Shown: positions 48,366 through 58,179 of the stretch, piece after piece
Layout of the letters: each line of letters begins with the position of its first letter
How positions within the stretch are numbered: the stretch's first letter is position 1
Source: an uncultured Chthonomonadaceae bacterium
Lineage (GTDB): Bacteria > Armatimonadota > Chthonomonadetes > Chthonomonadales > Chthonomonadaceae
DNA length: 64,000 nt
Assembly: GCA_963835065.1 (NCBI GenBank)
Contig: CAWIEK010000049.1
Coordinates: 576,001-640,000 of the forward strand
Direction: 5' to 3'
Translations under genes and position numbers: made by a program
The notes under the pieces: model-generated
What the model was told of the DNA's origin: nothing
Seen by the model: only the letters and a program-made list of their open reading frames with translations
Databases searched by the model: none

Positions 48366-49253
48366 TTGGTATTTGCGAAGGAGAAGTATTTGAGCGTTGA
48401 TGCGAGTTCCGAGTCCGTTCTGCCGCCCTCCCCTGCCCAGGACGACGGAAACAGCATAGCCCGCGAAGAAGCCGGCGATCCGAAGCATTGGAGCGGCGCT
48501 TCGTCCGAGCCGATGCTGTCCATTGTCGTGCCTGCGTATAATGAAGAAGCGCGTATCGGCAATTCCTTGAAGCGGATGCTGGCCTACTTCGACGCGCAGC
48601 CGTACTCGTATGAGATTTTAGTCGTCAGCGATGGCAGCAGCGACAAAACCGAAGAAATCGTGCAGCATATCGCTGCCCGCCGAACGCAGTTACAATTGCT
48701 GACGTATGCGGACAATCGCGGCAAAGGCTACGCCGTTCGGTTCGGGATGCTGCGGGCGCGGGGTGAGCGTATTTTGTTCAGTGACGCGGATTTGGCGACG
48801 CCCATTGAAGAAGTGGAAAAGTTACTGGCAAAACTGAACGAAGGGTATGAAATTGCCATCGGATCGCGGGATGTGGCCGGTTCGGAGTTAATCAAGCGGC
48901 AATCGCTCGCGCGGGAGTTCGGCGGCAAGAGTTTCAACAAACTGGTGCAAATGCTGGCGGTTCCGGGCATCCACGACACGCAATGCGGCTTCAAGCTGTT
49001 TACGCGGCCAGCCGCGCTCTCCATCTTCGGGCGCGCGCAGGTAGACCATTTCGCGTTCGATGTGGAAGTTTTGTATCTCGCCATGCGCGTCTTCGGCTAT
49101 CGCATCGCGGAAGTTCCCGTCCGCTGGCAGCATATCGAAGGCTCGAAAGTGCGCTTTGCCCGCGACGCCTACCGCATGTTGAAAACCGTGTTTCGTATTC
49201 GTCTCACCCATTACGACCCTCCCTCCTCTGCGGCGGAATTGCGACTGCCTTAA
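48366..49253 (+). CDS. GT2 glycosyltransferase (dolichyl-phosphate beta-glucosyltransferase-like); start uncertain
   Basis: VVPAYNEE, DGSSD, NRGKG, SDADL, DTQCGFKLF, FDVE. Confidence 0.92.
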   Translation: MVFAKEKYLSVDASSESVLPPSPAQDDGNSIAREEAGDPKHWSGASSEPMLSIVVPAYNEEARIGNSLKRMLAYFDAQPYSYEILVVSDGSSDKTEEIVQHIAARRTQLQLLTYADNRGKGYAVRFGMLRARGERILFSDADLATPIEEVEKLLAKLNEGYEIAIGSRDVAGSELIKRQSLAREFGGKSFNKLVQMLAVPGIHDTQCGFKLFTRPAALSIFGRAQVDHFAFDVEVLYLAMRVFGYRIAEVPVRWQHIEGSKVRFARDAYRMLKTVFRIRLTHYDPPSSAAELRLP

Positions 49254-49255
49254 AG

Positions 49256-49335
49256 GAAGGCATTAGGCATTAGGCATTAGGCATCAGGACAAATTTTCCG
49301 TGCCTAATGCCTAATGCCTAATGCCTAATGCCTAA
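49256..49335. repeat. Inverted pair of heptamer arrays (GGCATTA)n ... (TAATGCC)n
   Basis: Read directly in sequence. Confidence 0.85.
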
Positions 49336-49337
49336 CT

Positions 49338-50093
49338 ATGAATTCTGGCGAATACGAACGGATGTACCGGCTGGAAGACACCTACTGGTGGTTTGTCGGG
49401 CGGCATCGGCTGGCGGAAGGACTGATCAAGCAGCGTTACGGGCAGGCCGATCCTGTGGCGCATCCGCTGACTATTCTGGACGTGGGCTGCGGCACGGGAG
49501 CGATGTCGGCGCGGCTGACGCAATGGGGCCGCGTGGTTTCGATGGACTTTTCCCCGCTTGCGCTGCAGTTTTCGCGGCGGCGCGGCTTGAAACATCTGCT
49601 CGGCGCGGATGCCATGAAACTGCCGCTGCAATCCAATCGCTTCGATCTGATTACCGTGATGGACGTGCTGGAACATTTGCCGGACGACCAGGCGGCAATG
49701 CGCGAGTTCTTCCGCGTTTTGAAACCGGGCGGGCGCGTGATCGCCACTATTCCCGCATACAAGCACCTGTGGAGCGAACACGACATTGCCCTGATGCACC
49801 ACCGCCGCTACGTCCGCTCCGAAGTTTCGGAACGCTTTCAGGCTGCCGGGTTCCACATCGAAAAACTGTCCCACACCATGACCACGCTGTACCCGGTCGT
49901 GTCCTTACAGCGCCGCCTGAACGCGAAACAACCCCCACACGATCCGCCGCAGGCCGCCATGCCCCTGTTCCCCGCCCCCGTCAACAGCCTGCTTACCGGC
50001 CTGTTCACGCTGGAAAACACCCTCGCCCGCGCCATAAATCTGCCGTTCGGCGTCACCATCTTCTGCGTGGCGCAAAAACCGGAGGAGAAATAG
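49338..50093 (+). CDS. Class I SAM-dependent methyltransferase
   Basis: ILDVGCGTG, DVLEH, RVLKPGG, HHRRY. Confidence 0.92.
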   Translation: MNSGEYERMYRLEDTYWWFVGRHRLAEGLIKQRYGQADPVAHPLTILDVGCGTGAMSARLTQWGRVVSMDFSPLALQFSRRRGLKHLLGADAMKLPLQSNRFDLITVMDVLEHLPDDQAAMREFFRVLKPGGRVIATIPAYKHLWSEHDIALMHHRRYVRSEVSERFQAAGFHIEKLSHTMTTLYPVVSLQRRLNAKQPPHDPPQAAMPLFPAPVNSLLTGLFTLENTLARAINLPFGVTIFCVAQKPEEK

Positions 50094-50366
50094 AACCACG
50101 GAGGACACGGAGAACACGGAGGGGGAGGAAAGAGTAGAGGATAAGGAACCGCTAAACAAACGAAAGTAAGACAAAAAGCAAACCACAGATATAACGGATG
50201 AAACGGATAAACGCGGATTCAAGAACAATTTGACGCGCCTGTCTGTTGATAATCCTGTCTATTTCCTGTTCGTCTCTTTTCGTTTGTTTGGCGTGTTTAG
50301 CGGTTCCTTATCCTCTACTCTTTCCTCCCCCTCCGTGTTCTCCGTGTCCTCCGTGGTTCTATTTCT
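50085..50366. repeat. ~280-bp nested palindrome with ~70-bp arms
   Basis: AGAAATAGAACCACGGAGGACACGGAGAACACGGAGGGGGAGGAAAGAGTAGAGGATAAGGAACCGCTAAACA and its reverse complement; the arms contain the stop codons of both flanking genes. Confidence 0.9.
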
Positions 50367-52724
50367 TTGCAGTTTTGATCGGCGCGGCGGCAGCGGCTTT
50401 GGTGATGTACAGCGCGGCGTCGGTGGTGATGGGCGGGGTGGGCAATTCGATGCCGTCTTTGGCCTTGTCTACCGCAACGTCGCTGGCGTCCAGGGATTTG
50501 CCCGCGTAGGTGTCCCACCACGTATAGCGGTACTTGCCCGGCTGCAAGCCCGTGACGAGGATTTTACCGCTTGCGCTTTCCTGCGGCGCGGCTTTGGCGT
50601 CTTTGGACGGCGCTTCGTAGATGTTGCCGCGATGGTAGACCCACGCGACGGCGAAATCCTTGCCGACGCGGGCGGAACAGCCTAAGCGCCCCGGTGTAGT
50701 TGCTCAGGGCGAATTGGCGGACGACGAGCCAATCTTTGCCCGTGTTCTCCACAGTGATGGCGTGGGAGCCTTGCGGCACGTCCACTTTCACCGCGCGCTC
50801 GTCGGCTTTCGGCGCGCGATCCAACTCGGCTGCGGCAAAGTCGCGCTCGGTTGTTTTGCCGTCAACCGTGATTTTCAGATGCGCCCCCGCTTTGGAGGTT
50901 TTACTCACGTCAATGGTAAACGTGCCGGGTTGCGGATACTGAACGTGCAATGTCAGCGGTTTGGGCATCATGTCGCGGTGCGCTTCGCCCTGCAGGAAGG
51001 TCGGGAACTGATCCATTCCCTGCGGAGCGCCTTCCTTGCCGACAACAAACTCGTTCTGCGCGGCCTTCACGAACCCGCCGCCCGGCCCGAAGCGCAAGGC
51101 CGCGTTCTGGCTGGTTTCGATAGGCAGGGTGGTATTGACGAGTGAGCCGTGATTGGCAAGCCCGGACGCCGTGACAAAACCTGACGCGGCTTTGAAGTGC
51201 GAATACAGGTTGTGCTGCTCCACGTTTACCCAATCCCAATACTGCGCCGCGCCCGACCCGTTGCGCATCAGGCTCGACCACAAGCCTTGATGCAATCCGA
51301 CGCCTTCCGCGTCCGACAGGCCGGACGGCCCGAACTCGCCGATGAATTCCGGCCTTTGCGGCTTCTTGCTTTTGGCTGTTTTCGTCGCGCCATACGTATC
51401 GGGTGTTTCCGTCGCGCCCAATGCGGTCAGCACGTCGGAGGGATAGGTATGCGTTTGCACATAGTCTACCGTTTCCCATATCGGGCTGTCATACGCGATG
51501 GCAGGCGCGGAGCTCGTTGTCAGCAGATGCCGGTAGCCGTCGTACTGACGCAGGAACAGCGCCATTTCCCGATGCCACAGCGCGATTTGATCGGTTAAGT
51601 TTGCTCCGTCCCGCGTCCGTGCCTTCCACTTCGTTGAACAATTCAAACGCGAGAATGTTGGGCGAGTACCCCCAGCGCGCCAGCATGTAGTACAATTTGC
51701 GCTTTGTCAGCGCGCGGGCCTGCGGGTTGGTGAAGAACTCTTCCGGGCTGTTCAAAAAGCCGCCGTTTTTGGCGTTGTAGGGGTTGGCGTTCCAGTTGGG
51801 GTCTACTTTGGTGGAATACTGCCCGTGATGCTGCACGACCAATTGAAAATAAATGCCGTTCTTTTGCGCCCCGTCTACAATGGCGTCCCACTTTTTCACG
51901 GCGGCAAGATCAATGTCGCCAAGTTTGACCGACTTTTCGGTTTTTGCGCTTTTGTCCGTCTTGTCGGAAGCCGCTGCTTTGCCTGCCTGCGCGTCTGGGG
52001 CGTTGGCGGGCCAATCTAGGTTCTTGCCATCCCAATGCGTCATCCACACGCGCGACCAGTTTTCACCGGCTTCGTGCATCTTGGCGAACAATTCGGGAGT
52101 GTCGGGCAGTTTGTCGCTGTGCCAGGCTTGATTGTGGCCGAGCGGGTAATAGCGCGCGCCGTTGTCGAACACAAACCGCGCATGGTCGCCCCGATCCAGG
52201 CGGACAAAACCGGGCTGCGTTTCGCCACTCACGCTCCAATCCTTCTTTTCCAGCTTTTCCTCATGCGCGATCTGGCCGTTCAGTTTAACGGACGCAACGG
52301 CGTAGGTTCCGGGCGAGGTCGGCGTGAAGCGAACGCGCCACGTATTGTCGCCGTCGTAAAACGCGGGAATGTCAACAGTGCTGTTGTCCGGCTTGCGCAG
52401 TTGAACCTGCACGTTCACCTTTTCGTAATCGAACGGATCGCCGGGCAGGCTGGCAAGCTGAAACGAGGTGGACAGCATGGGGAATGTACCCCTTCCCAGG
52501 CCGCTGGTCGCGCCCGTATTGCGGTCATTCTGGCGTCCGGCGATGGAGGAGTTGTAGCCGCTGCTGATGTCGCCGCCCAGGCTGCGGTTATAATCCCCCA
52601 ACCCGGACCCGGCGCACCCGGCAAGACTGTTCGCAAGAATGGCGGCTCCAAACGCGCCCAATGTCCGGCGCGTCAGACGGGCATTGCGTGAAAAACAAGC
52701 AAATTGATTGCGGTTGACCTTCAT
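50359..52724 (-). CDS. DUF5060-like / GH5-like glycoside hydrolase lipoprotein, broken by two frameshifts (~51600, ~50690)
   Basis: Lipobox LAGC, WRVRFTP, ARWGYSPNILAFELFNE, IGEFG; sense continues across three ORFs. Confidence 0.75.
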
Positions 52725-53230
52725 AACGGTTATATTCCTGAAAAATACCCCGGCAGGCGTCCACTTGTGGACACGGCCCTCTCCCTGACGCAGTTTCAAT
52801 AAGCGCGGCTACTGCGAAGCCGCCGCGCTTCATTACGCCAGGGAAGGAGGGCATTTACATGCGGGGATGAACGAAGTTCAGAGTTTTGAATGTGGAAGAA
52901 ACTTCCTCTATTATACGCTGTTTTTGCCGGGATTGTGACTCGGTTTTTGCCGAAAGACGCTTGTTTTGTTCAGACAGGAATTGCTGAGCCTCGCAAGCCC
53001 TAAAGACGCGCCCTGCCTGAATTTAACTCTCGCCTTTGTGTGAAGGCAGGGAGTATAATCAGGCGCAAATGGTGAATAAGCCTTCTGAAACTACGCATTT
53101 TCAAACCGCGCGTTTTCAGGGGATTGGCGCGTTGTTTCACGGCAGACACGCCGATGTTCCCAAACAATACATCACCCAACCCGGACGGCATCCTTGCTCT
53201 GTCTGGAGAACACCATTCCCAATACTTACC

Positions 53231-55465
53231 ATGCTCATGACATTTCAAACAGTACCCTACGCGCTTTACCTGCAAATCAGTCGTCGCGCCTGCCTGCTGC
53301 TGTTCCTGCTATGCTGGCTGCTTGGCGCGGCTTCCCTGCTGCGCGCGTCCGCCGCGTCCAAAACGGTCACGCTGCAATCCCTGCTGACGGAACTGACCGA
53401 TGTGGACGTGGTGGCCCGGTGGCCGGAGCCGGAATATACAAGTTATGAGGCCAGCAGCTATGACCGCCGCCGTACAGGTCCCGACAAGCCCGACTGGTTC
53501 GCCAACAACGACCATTCGCAGTTCGTCCGGGTGGAAGAGCGGGCGGGGCGGCGCGAACAGGTGATGCTGGACGTGGACGGGCCGGGCGCGATTGTACGGT
53601 TCTGGCTGACGAGCAACGACAAGAGGGCGGGAACCCTGCGCGTGTACCTGGATCGCGCCGAACAGCCCGTCCTTCTCTTCAACAGCTACGACCTGATGTT
53701 CAGCGAGTTGGCCGCAAGTCCGCTGCTGCACCCGCACACGAGTTATAATCCGATGGGCGGGGGCGGCAGTACGCTGTATCTGCCCATCCCCTACGCCCGC
53801 CATTGCAAAGTGACCTGGGAGGAAGCCGATCCCAAAAACGGCGGCCCGCGTTATTACCAGATCAACTACCGTACTTATAATTCGGGAACTCGCGTCCAAA
53901 CCTTTACCCATGCGGTGCTGGAAGCCGCGCAAGCAGCCATTGCCCGAGCCAACCGCCTCCTGCTACATCCTCCCTTTCTCACGTCTTCTGCAGCTTCCTA
54001 CGTAACTTCCTCAGCGACTTCTTCTGCTGCCCCTGTGACTTCTGCCTCAACGGCCTCATCAACCGGCGACAAAACATTGTCGCTGGACAAGACCATCGAA
54101 GGCAGGAGTGAAGCAACGCTGGAACTTCCCAACGGCCCGCAGGCGATACGGCAATTGACAATGCAGTTCACCATTGAGCCGGACGCGAGCAAAGCGGATT
54201 CAAGCGAAACGCAGCAGGAACGGGATTGGGAACAGGCGCTGCGGGCCATGATTGTACGTATCCGTTTCGATGGCGAGGAAACCGTCTGGTGTCCCGTCAG
54301 TGATTTCGCCGGCAGCGGCGTGGGAACCTGGCCTTTAGAAAGCTGGTATCGGCGCGTGGATGCGGACGGTAAAATGACGTGCCGGTGGGTCATGCCCTAT
54401 GCCCATGCCGCGCAAATCACGCTCCTGAACCTGGGAACCCAACGGGTGCGGGCGCAGTTGGCGGCAACAGTGGGCAACTGGAAGTGGGATGCGCGTTCCA
54501 TGCGCTTTCACGCCGGGTGGCGGCAGCAGGCGCAAGTGGCGACCAAGCCCGACAGTGATTGGAACTTCCTGCGCGTGGAAGGGCGGGGCGTTCTGGTGGG
54601 CGACACGCTGGCCGTCTTTAATCCCGTGCCTGCGTGGTACGGCGAAGGCAACGAAAAGATTTGGGTGGATGGCGAAGCGTTTCCCTCCCATTTGGGCACG
54701 GGAACGGAAGATTATTACAACGCTTCCTGGGCGCCGACGCCCGTGTACCAGACGCCCTTTGCCAACGGCCCGCGCGTGGATGCGGCGCGTTCCGAAGGAC
54801 ACAATACGTACACCCGCAGCCGCAATCTGGACGCCATTCCGTTCCACAAATCCCTGCAGTTCGACATGGAAATCGAACACTGGCAGGACCCCAAAATAGA
54901 CATTGCCGCGACAACCTACTGGTATGCTTTCCCCAACGCGCGCAGCAACCGCGCACCCCAGCCGGAAGAAGCCCTGCGCCTCCTGTCTCACTTACCGCCT
55001 ACGTTCCGCATTGCCCAGAGCGTGGAGTGCGAAAACTGCAAAATAATCGCGCAAAGCGAGGGCTTCGGCACAGAAATACAGGACACGCGCCCTTTTCCCG
55101 GCCAGTGGAGCAACAACGCGCATCTGCTTGGAAAAGGCCGCAAGGTTGGCGATTTCGTAGAATTGCAGATACCCGCACAGGCAGGCAGGCATCTGTCACC
55201 AACGGGCAAACGGCGCATTACGCTGTACGCGACAAAGGCTGCGGATTACGGCATCGTGCGCCTGTGGGTCAACGGGCAGCGCGTCGCAAACGACTTCGAC
55301 GGCTATGCGCCCAATGTAACGCCTTTCGGCCCAATAGACCTGGGCACGTTCGCCGCGCAGGAGGGAGCGTTCGTACTCCACGCTGAAGTCGTGGGAACCA
55401 ATCCGAAGGCGGTGGGAGTGAAATATCTTTTCGGCCTGGACTGCATCGTACTTACTGCCGAATAA
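53231..55465 (+). CDS. DUF2961 (GH172-like) domain protein
   Basis: SSYDRR, GPGAIVRFW, WYGEGNEKIWVDGE, GTGTEDYYN. Confidence 0.85.
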   Translation: MLMTFQTVPYALYLQISRRACLLLFLLCWLLGAASLLRASAASKTVTLQSLLTELTDVDVVARWPEPEYTSYEASSYDRRRTGPDKPDWFANNDHSQFVRVEERAGRREQVMLDVDGPGAIVRFWLTSNDKRAGTLRVYLDRAEQPVLLFNSYDLMFSELAASPLLHPHTSYNPMGGGGSTLYLPIPYARHCKVTWEEADPKNGGPRYYQINYRTYNSGTRVQTFTHAVLEAAQAAIARANRLLLHPPFLTSSAASYVTSSATSSAAPVTSASTASSTGDKTLSLDKTIEGRSEATLELPNGPQAIRQLTMQFTIEPDASKADSSETQQERDWEQALRAMIVRIRFDGEETVWCPVSDFAGSGVGTWPLESWYRRVDADGKMTCRWVMPYAHAAQITLLNLGTQRVRAQLAATVGNWKWDARSMRFHAGWRQQAQVATKPDSDWNFLRVEGRGVLVGDTLAVFNPVPAWYGEGNEKIWVDGEAFPSHLGTGTEDYYNASWAPTPVYQTPFANGPRVDAARSEGHNTYTRSRNLDAIPFHKSLQFDMEIEHWQDPKIDIAATTYWYAFPNARSNRAPQPEEALRLLSHLPPTFRIAQSVECENCKIIAQSEGFGTEIQDTRPFPGQWSNNAHLLGKGRKVGDFVELQIPAQAGRHLSPTGKRRITLYATKAADYGIVRLWVNGQRVANDFDGYAPNVTPFGPIDLGTFAAQEGAFVLHAEVVGTNPKAVGVKYLFGLDCIVLTAE

Positions 55466-55837
55466 GACGCCTTGAAATTTCGAGGATGACGGGATGGTTG
55501 CTCAAGGTCAACGGCGCGGAAGCGGCATTCCGCAGAGTTTGGCAGGTCTGGCAGGCGAGGGCTAGATTGTCCAAATCTGTCGCGCCATTCCGACTTTTCA
55601 GAATAATTTATTCCGCAGAAAAAGGGTCTACCGCATGGTCTTCACGACTGCGGCAGAACTCACACGGATGACGCGCTCTTTCTGCCACTGTCTGTTTGAG
55701 ACGCCGGGGAACGGTTCCTCTAGCCACGCCGCGCCAGACCTAATTCACGCATCAGCGTGTCAAGATCAGTCTGTCGCATATCCGCAAGCGCAGACAAGGC
55801 TTTGATTCGGCGCTTAGCGAACGTCCCTGCTTCGTTG

Positions 55838-56179
55838 TCAGGAGGCAGTGACGAGGGGTGGTGTCATTTGCGCCTGCAATTCGCGGAGTTGGTTGGCGAG
55901 AGCAACAGGGGGATTGCCGGAAAGTCCCTGTGCAACCAGCCGTTCGGCCTCACTTAGTTCGCCACAGTCCAGGGCAAGCAGGGCGGCACTACGATAGAGA
56001 ATAGCGCGGGTTGGTTCGTGCTGCGGCGTATCGGCAAGCAGGGCAGCAGCCTCTTTTTCGAGTTCATAGGCATGCCGGGTGAATTGACGCGCCTGTTCGA
56101 GGTCGCCGCGCATCTGAGCGACGTTGGCGTTGTCAAGCTGCTGCATGGCTTGATGATGGATGGTTCGTACTTGACTCAT
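55838..56179 (-). CDS. Small helical (TPR-like) protein
   Basis: ATGA-coupled; HHQAM...AYELEKEAA...EPTRAILYRSAA...GLSGNPP. Confidence 0.75.
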   Translation of the reverse strand: MSQVRTIHHQAMQQLDNANVAQMRGDLEQARQFTRHAYELEKEAAALLADTPQHEPTRAILYRSAALLALDCGELSEAERLVAQGLSGNPPVALANQLRELQAQMTPPLVTAS

Positions 56180-56737
56180 CGTTTTTCTATTCTGACAGTC
56201 GAAATGCTAAACGCCACAATTACAAGGAAAATGGGCAGAAGGGTTCCGCGATTTTGAACTTGCCTGATTTTCTCGTTCAGGCGATATTGTAAATCTACTT
56301 CGGTTCCCTCCAGAATACCGGAAACTTCGAGAGTTGCTGTTGCGTCGGCTAAAAAGTTGTCGGTATCTACTTCGATGTCTTTGCGCAACGGAGCCACATA
56401 ATAGTCGAAGCCGCCGTTGCCTTTTGGAGCGCGTTCCAAAATAGTGAGTTCCTCACACGCTTCCATAACCAATACAGCCATGCCACACGCACCGTATTCG
56501 GTCGCTTCCTGTAAATCGGCATAAGTGCGGCGCATCTGCTGCGTAATTGCCGGGCCGGTTACTGTGAACTCTCTATCATGCTGCCCTGTAACACGCAGAG
56601 TTGGCAAGCCTGATTTTCCACACTTATCGTAGCAGACGATAGCACATTCTGCCAGATGCCCCCCTTCACTGGCTGTCAGCCCGATGCGCCCGGCAAACAG
56701 CGAGTGAAGATTTCAGGACAGGTGGAATTTCAGGCAT
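56176..56737 (-). CDS. PD-(D/E)XK-like nuclease-fold protein, +1 frameshift near 56712
   Basis: ATEYGA...GFDYY...LEVSG; removing one A links MPEIPPVL to NLHSLFAGRIG. Confidence 0.6.
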
Positions 56738-56753
56738 TGCGCATTGACCTTCG

Positions 56754-58121
56754 CTAAATTCCGGCGAGGCGGGCGTCGGCGTCGCCGAAATGCGGCAATG
56801 GGACGCCCATTCTGTCCATCAGCGACAGGTACAGGCTGCACACCTTGCGGTTCTCGTCGCCCTTGTCCCGGTAGTTCAGCACCCGGCCTGTTTCCAGTTT
56901 GCCGCCCATGTTGCCGATTGTCAGGATGGGCAGGGTTGAGTTGTCGTGGTTGGAGCCGGAGAACATGTTGGAAAGCCACAGCAGGCAGGTGCTGTCCAGA
57001 ACCGTGCCCTCACCTTCCGGCATCGCCTGTAGTTTTCCGGCGAGGTAGGCGAGATGGCCGACGTAGAACTGCGTGATGCGCAGATAGTCGTCGGACGTGT
57101 CGTGGTGGGACGCGGGATGATGGGCGTCGCGCACACCGAGGAACGGGTAGAACAGCCCGGAAAGGTCGCGGCACATCAGCATGGAGGCGATGCGGGTCTT
57201 ATCGGTTTGAATCGCCAGTGCCACCACGTCGCACATCAGGCGCATGTGTTCGCGGATGTCTTCCGGCAGGCCGTTTTCGGGGCGCTTCATGCCGACGAGC
57301 GGCTTGCCCTTGTCTTTGGCGCGGTCAGCGGCCTTGCCCAGATCGCCGCGCATACGCTGCGCGCGCTGCTCCACGTCCCGAACGCTTGTCAGGTACTCGT
57401 CTAATTTGGCGCGGTCATCGTGGCTGATACGGCGGCGCAGTCCGCTCGCTTCCGCGCTGACGCGATCCAGAATGCTTTCCATGCGCCGGTTGCCGCTGTT
57501 CTCGAACAGGCTGTCAAAGGCCAGCGAGGGGTAAACTTCGCAGGGAACGGGCAAATCCGCGCTTTGCCAGGAGATGTGCGAGCTATAGGCCATCGAAAAG
57601 TTCGTTTCGTGGTAGCCCGTCAGCGGCTGTTCGCAGGCCAGCACCAGACTGGGCTGAACCGTGTCCTGCCCAAGATGCGCGGCAAGCACCTGATCTACGC
57701 TGACGCCGCCATGCAGCACCGCCCCCCGCGTGAGCGGCATGCCCGAAAGAATGTTGCCGGTCATGCCGGGATGAATTCCCACGCCCGTAGAAGGCTTGTT
57801 GAAAAGCCCGTTGATGACGTTGAGTTTGGTTTTGAACGGCTCCAGGGCTTGCAGGCTCTTGCTCAGCTCCATGCTCGCGCCTTCGCCCTTCGCCCACCAG
57901 TGATTCGGGTTGATGCCCGTGCCCATGAACTGCACGATGAAGCGGCGGGGCGGCGCGCTGGCCGCTTTGGGCGCTTCCGCCGCGCTTCCCCACACCGGAA
58001 GGGATTCCAGCCAGGGCAGCGCCATGACGACGCCCGCGCCCCGCAGGAAAATGCGCCGGGAAACCGGAGCGGAAGACGGCGAAGTCGGTTTCTGATCTGG
58101 TGTTTGCTCTTCGTTCGTCAT
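56754..58121 (-). CDS. DUF1552 domain protein (Tat-like signal)
   Basis: SRRIFLRGAG, LPWLESL, SVDQVLA, LDEYLTSVR, HHPASHH, EGEGTVLD. Confidence 0.9.
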   Translation of the reverse strand: MTNEEQTPDQKPTSPSSAPVSRRIFLRGAGVVMALPWLESLPVWGSAAEAPKAASAPPRRFIVQFMGTGINPNHWWAKGEGASMELSKSLQALEPFKTKLNVINGLFNKPSTGVGIHPGMTGNILSGMPLTRGAVLHGGVSVDQVLAAHLGQDTVQPSLVLACEQPLTGYHETNFSMAYSSHISWQSADLPVPCEVYPSLAFDSLFENSGNRRMESILDRVSAEASGLRRRISHDDRAKLDEYLTSVRDVEQRAQRMRGDLGKAADRAKDKGKPLVGMKRPENGLPEDIREHMRLMCDVVALAIQTDKTRIASMLMCRDLSGLFYPFLGVRDAHHPASHHDTSDDYLRITQFYVGHLAYLAGKLQAMPEGEGTVLDSTCLLWLSNMFSGSNHDNSTLPILTIGNMGGKLETGRVLNYRDKGDENRKVCSLYLSLMDRMGVPLPHFGDADARLAGI

Positions 58122-58179
58122 TGTTTTGTGTTGCAGATCGCCTCTTTCAGCTGTATTCTAACATAAAAGCAGTGCCGGT

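Noticed and set aside
4228..49335. Short tandem repeats as CRISPR arrays
   Set aside because: Units are 7-8 nt in tandem without unique spacers, and no cas genes are present
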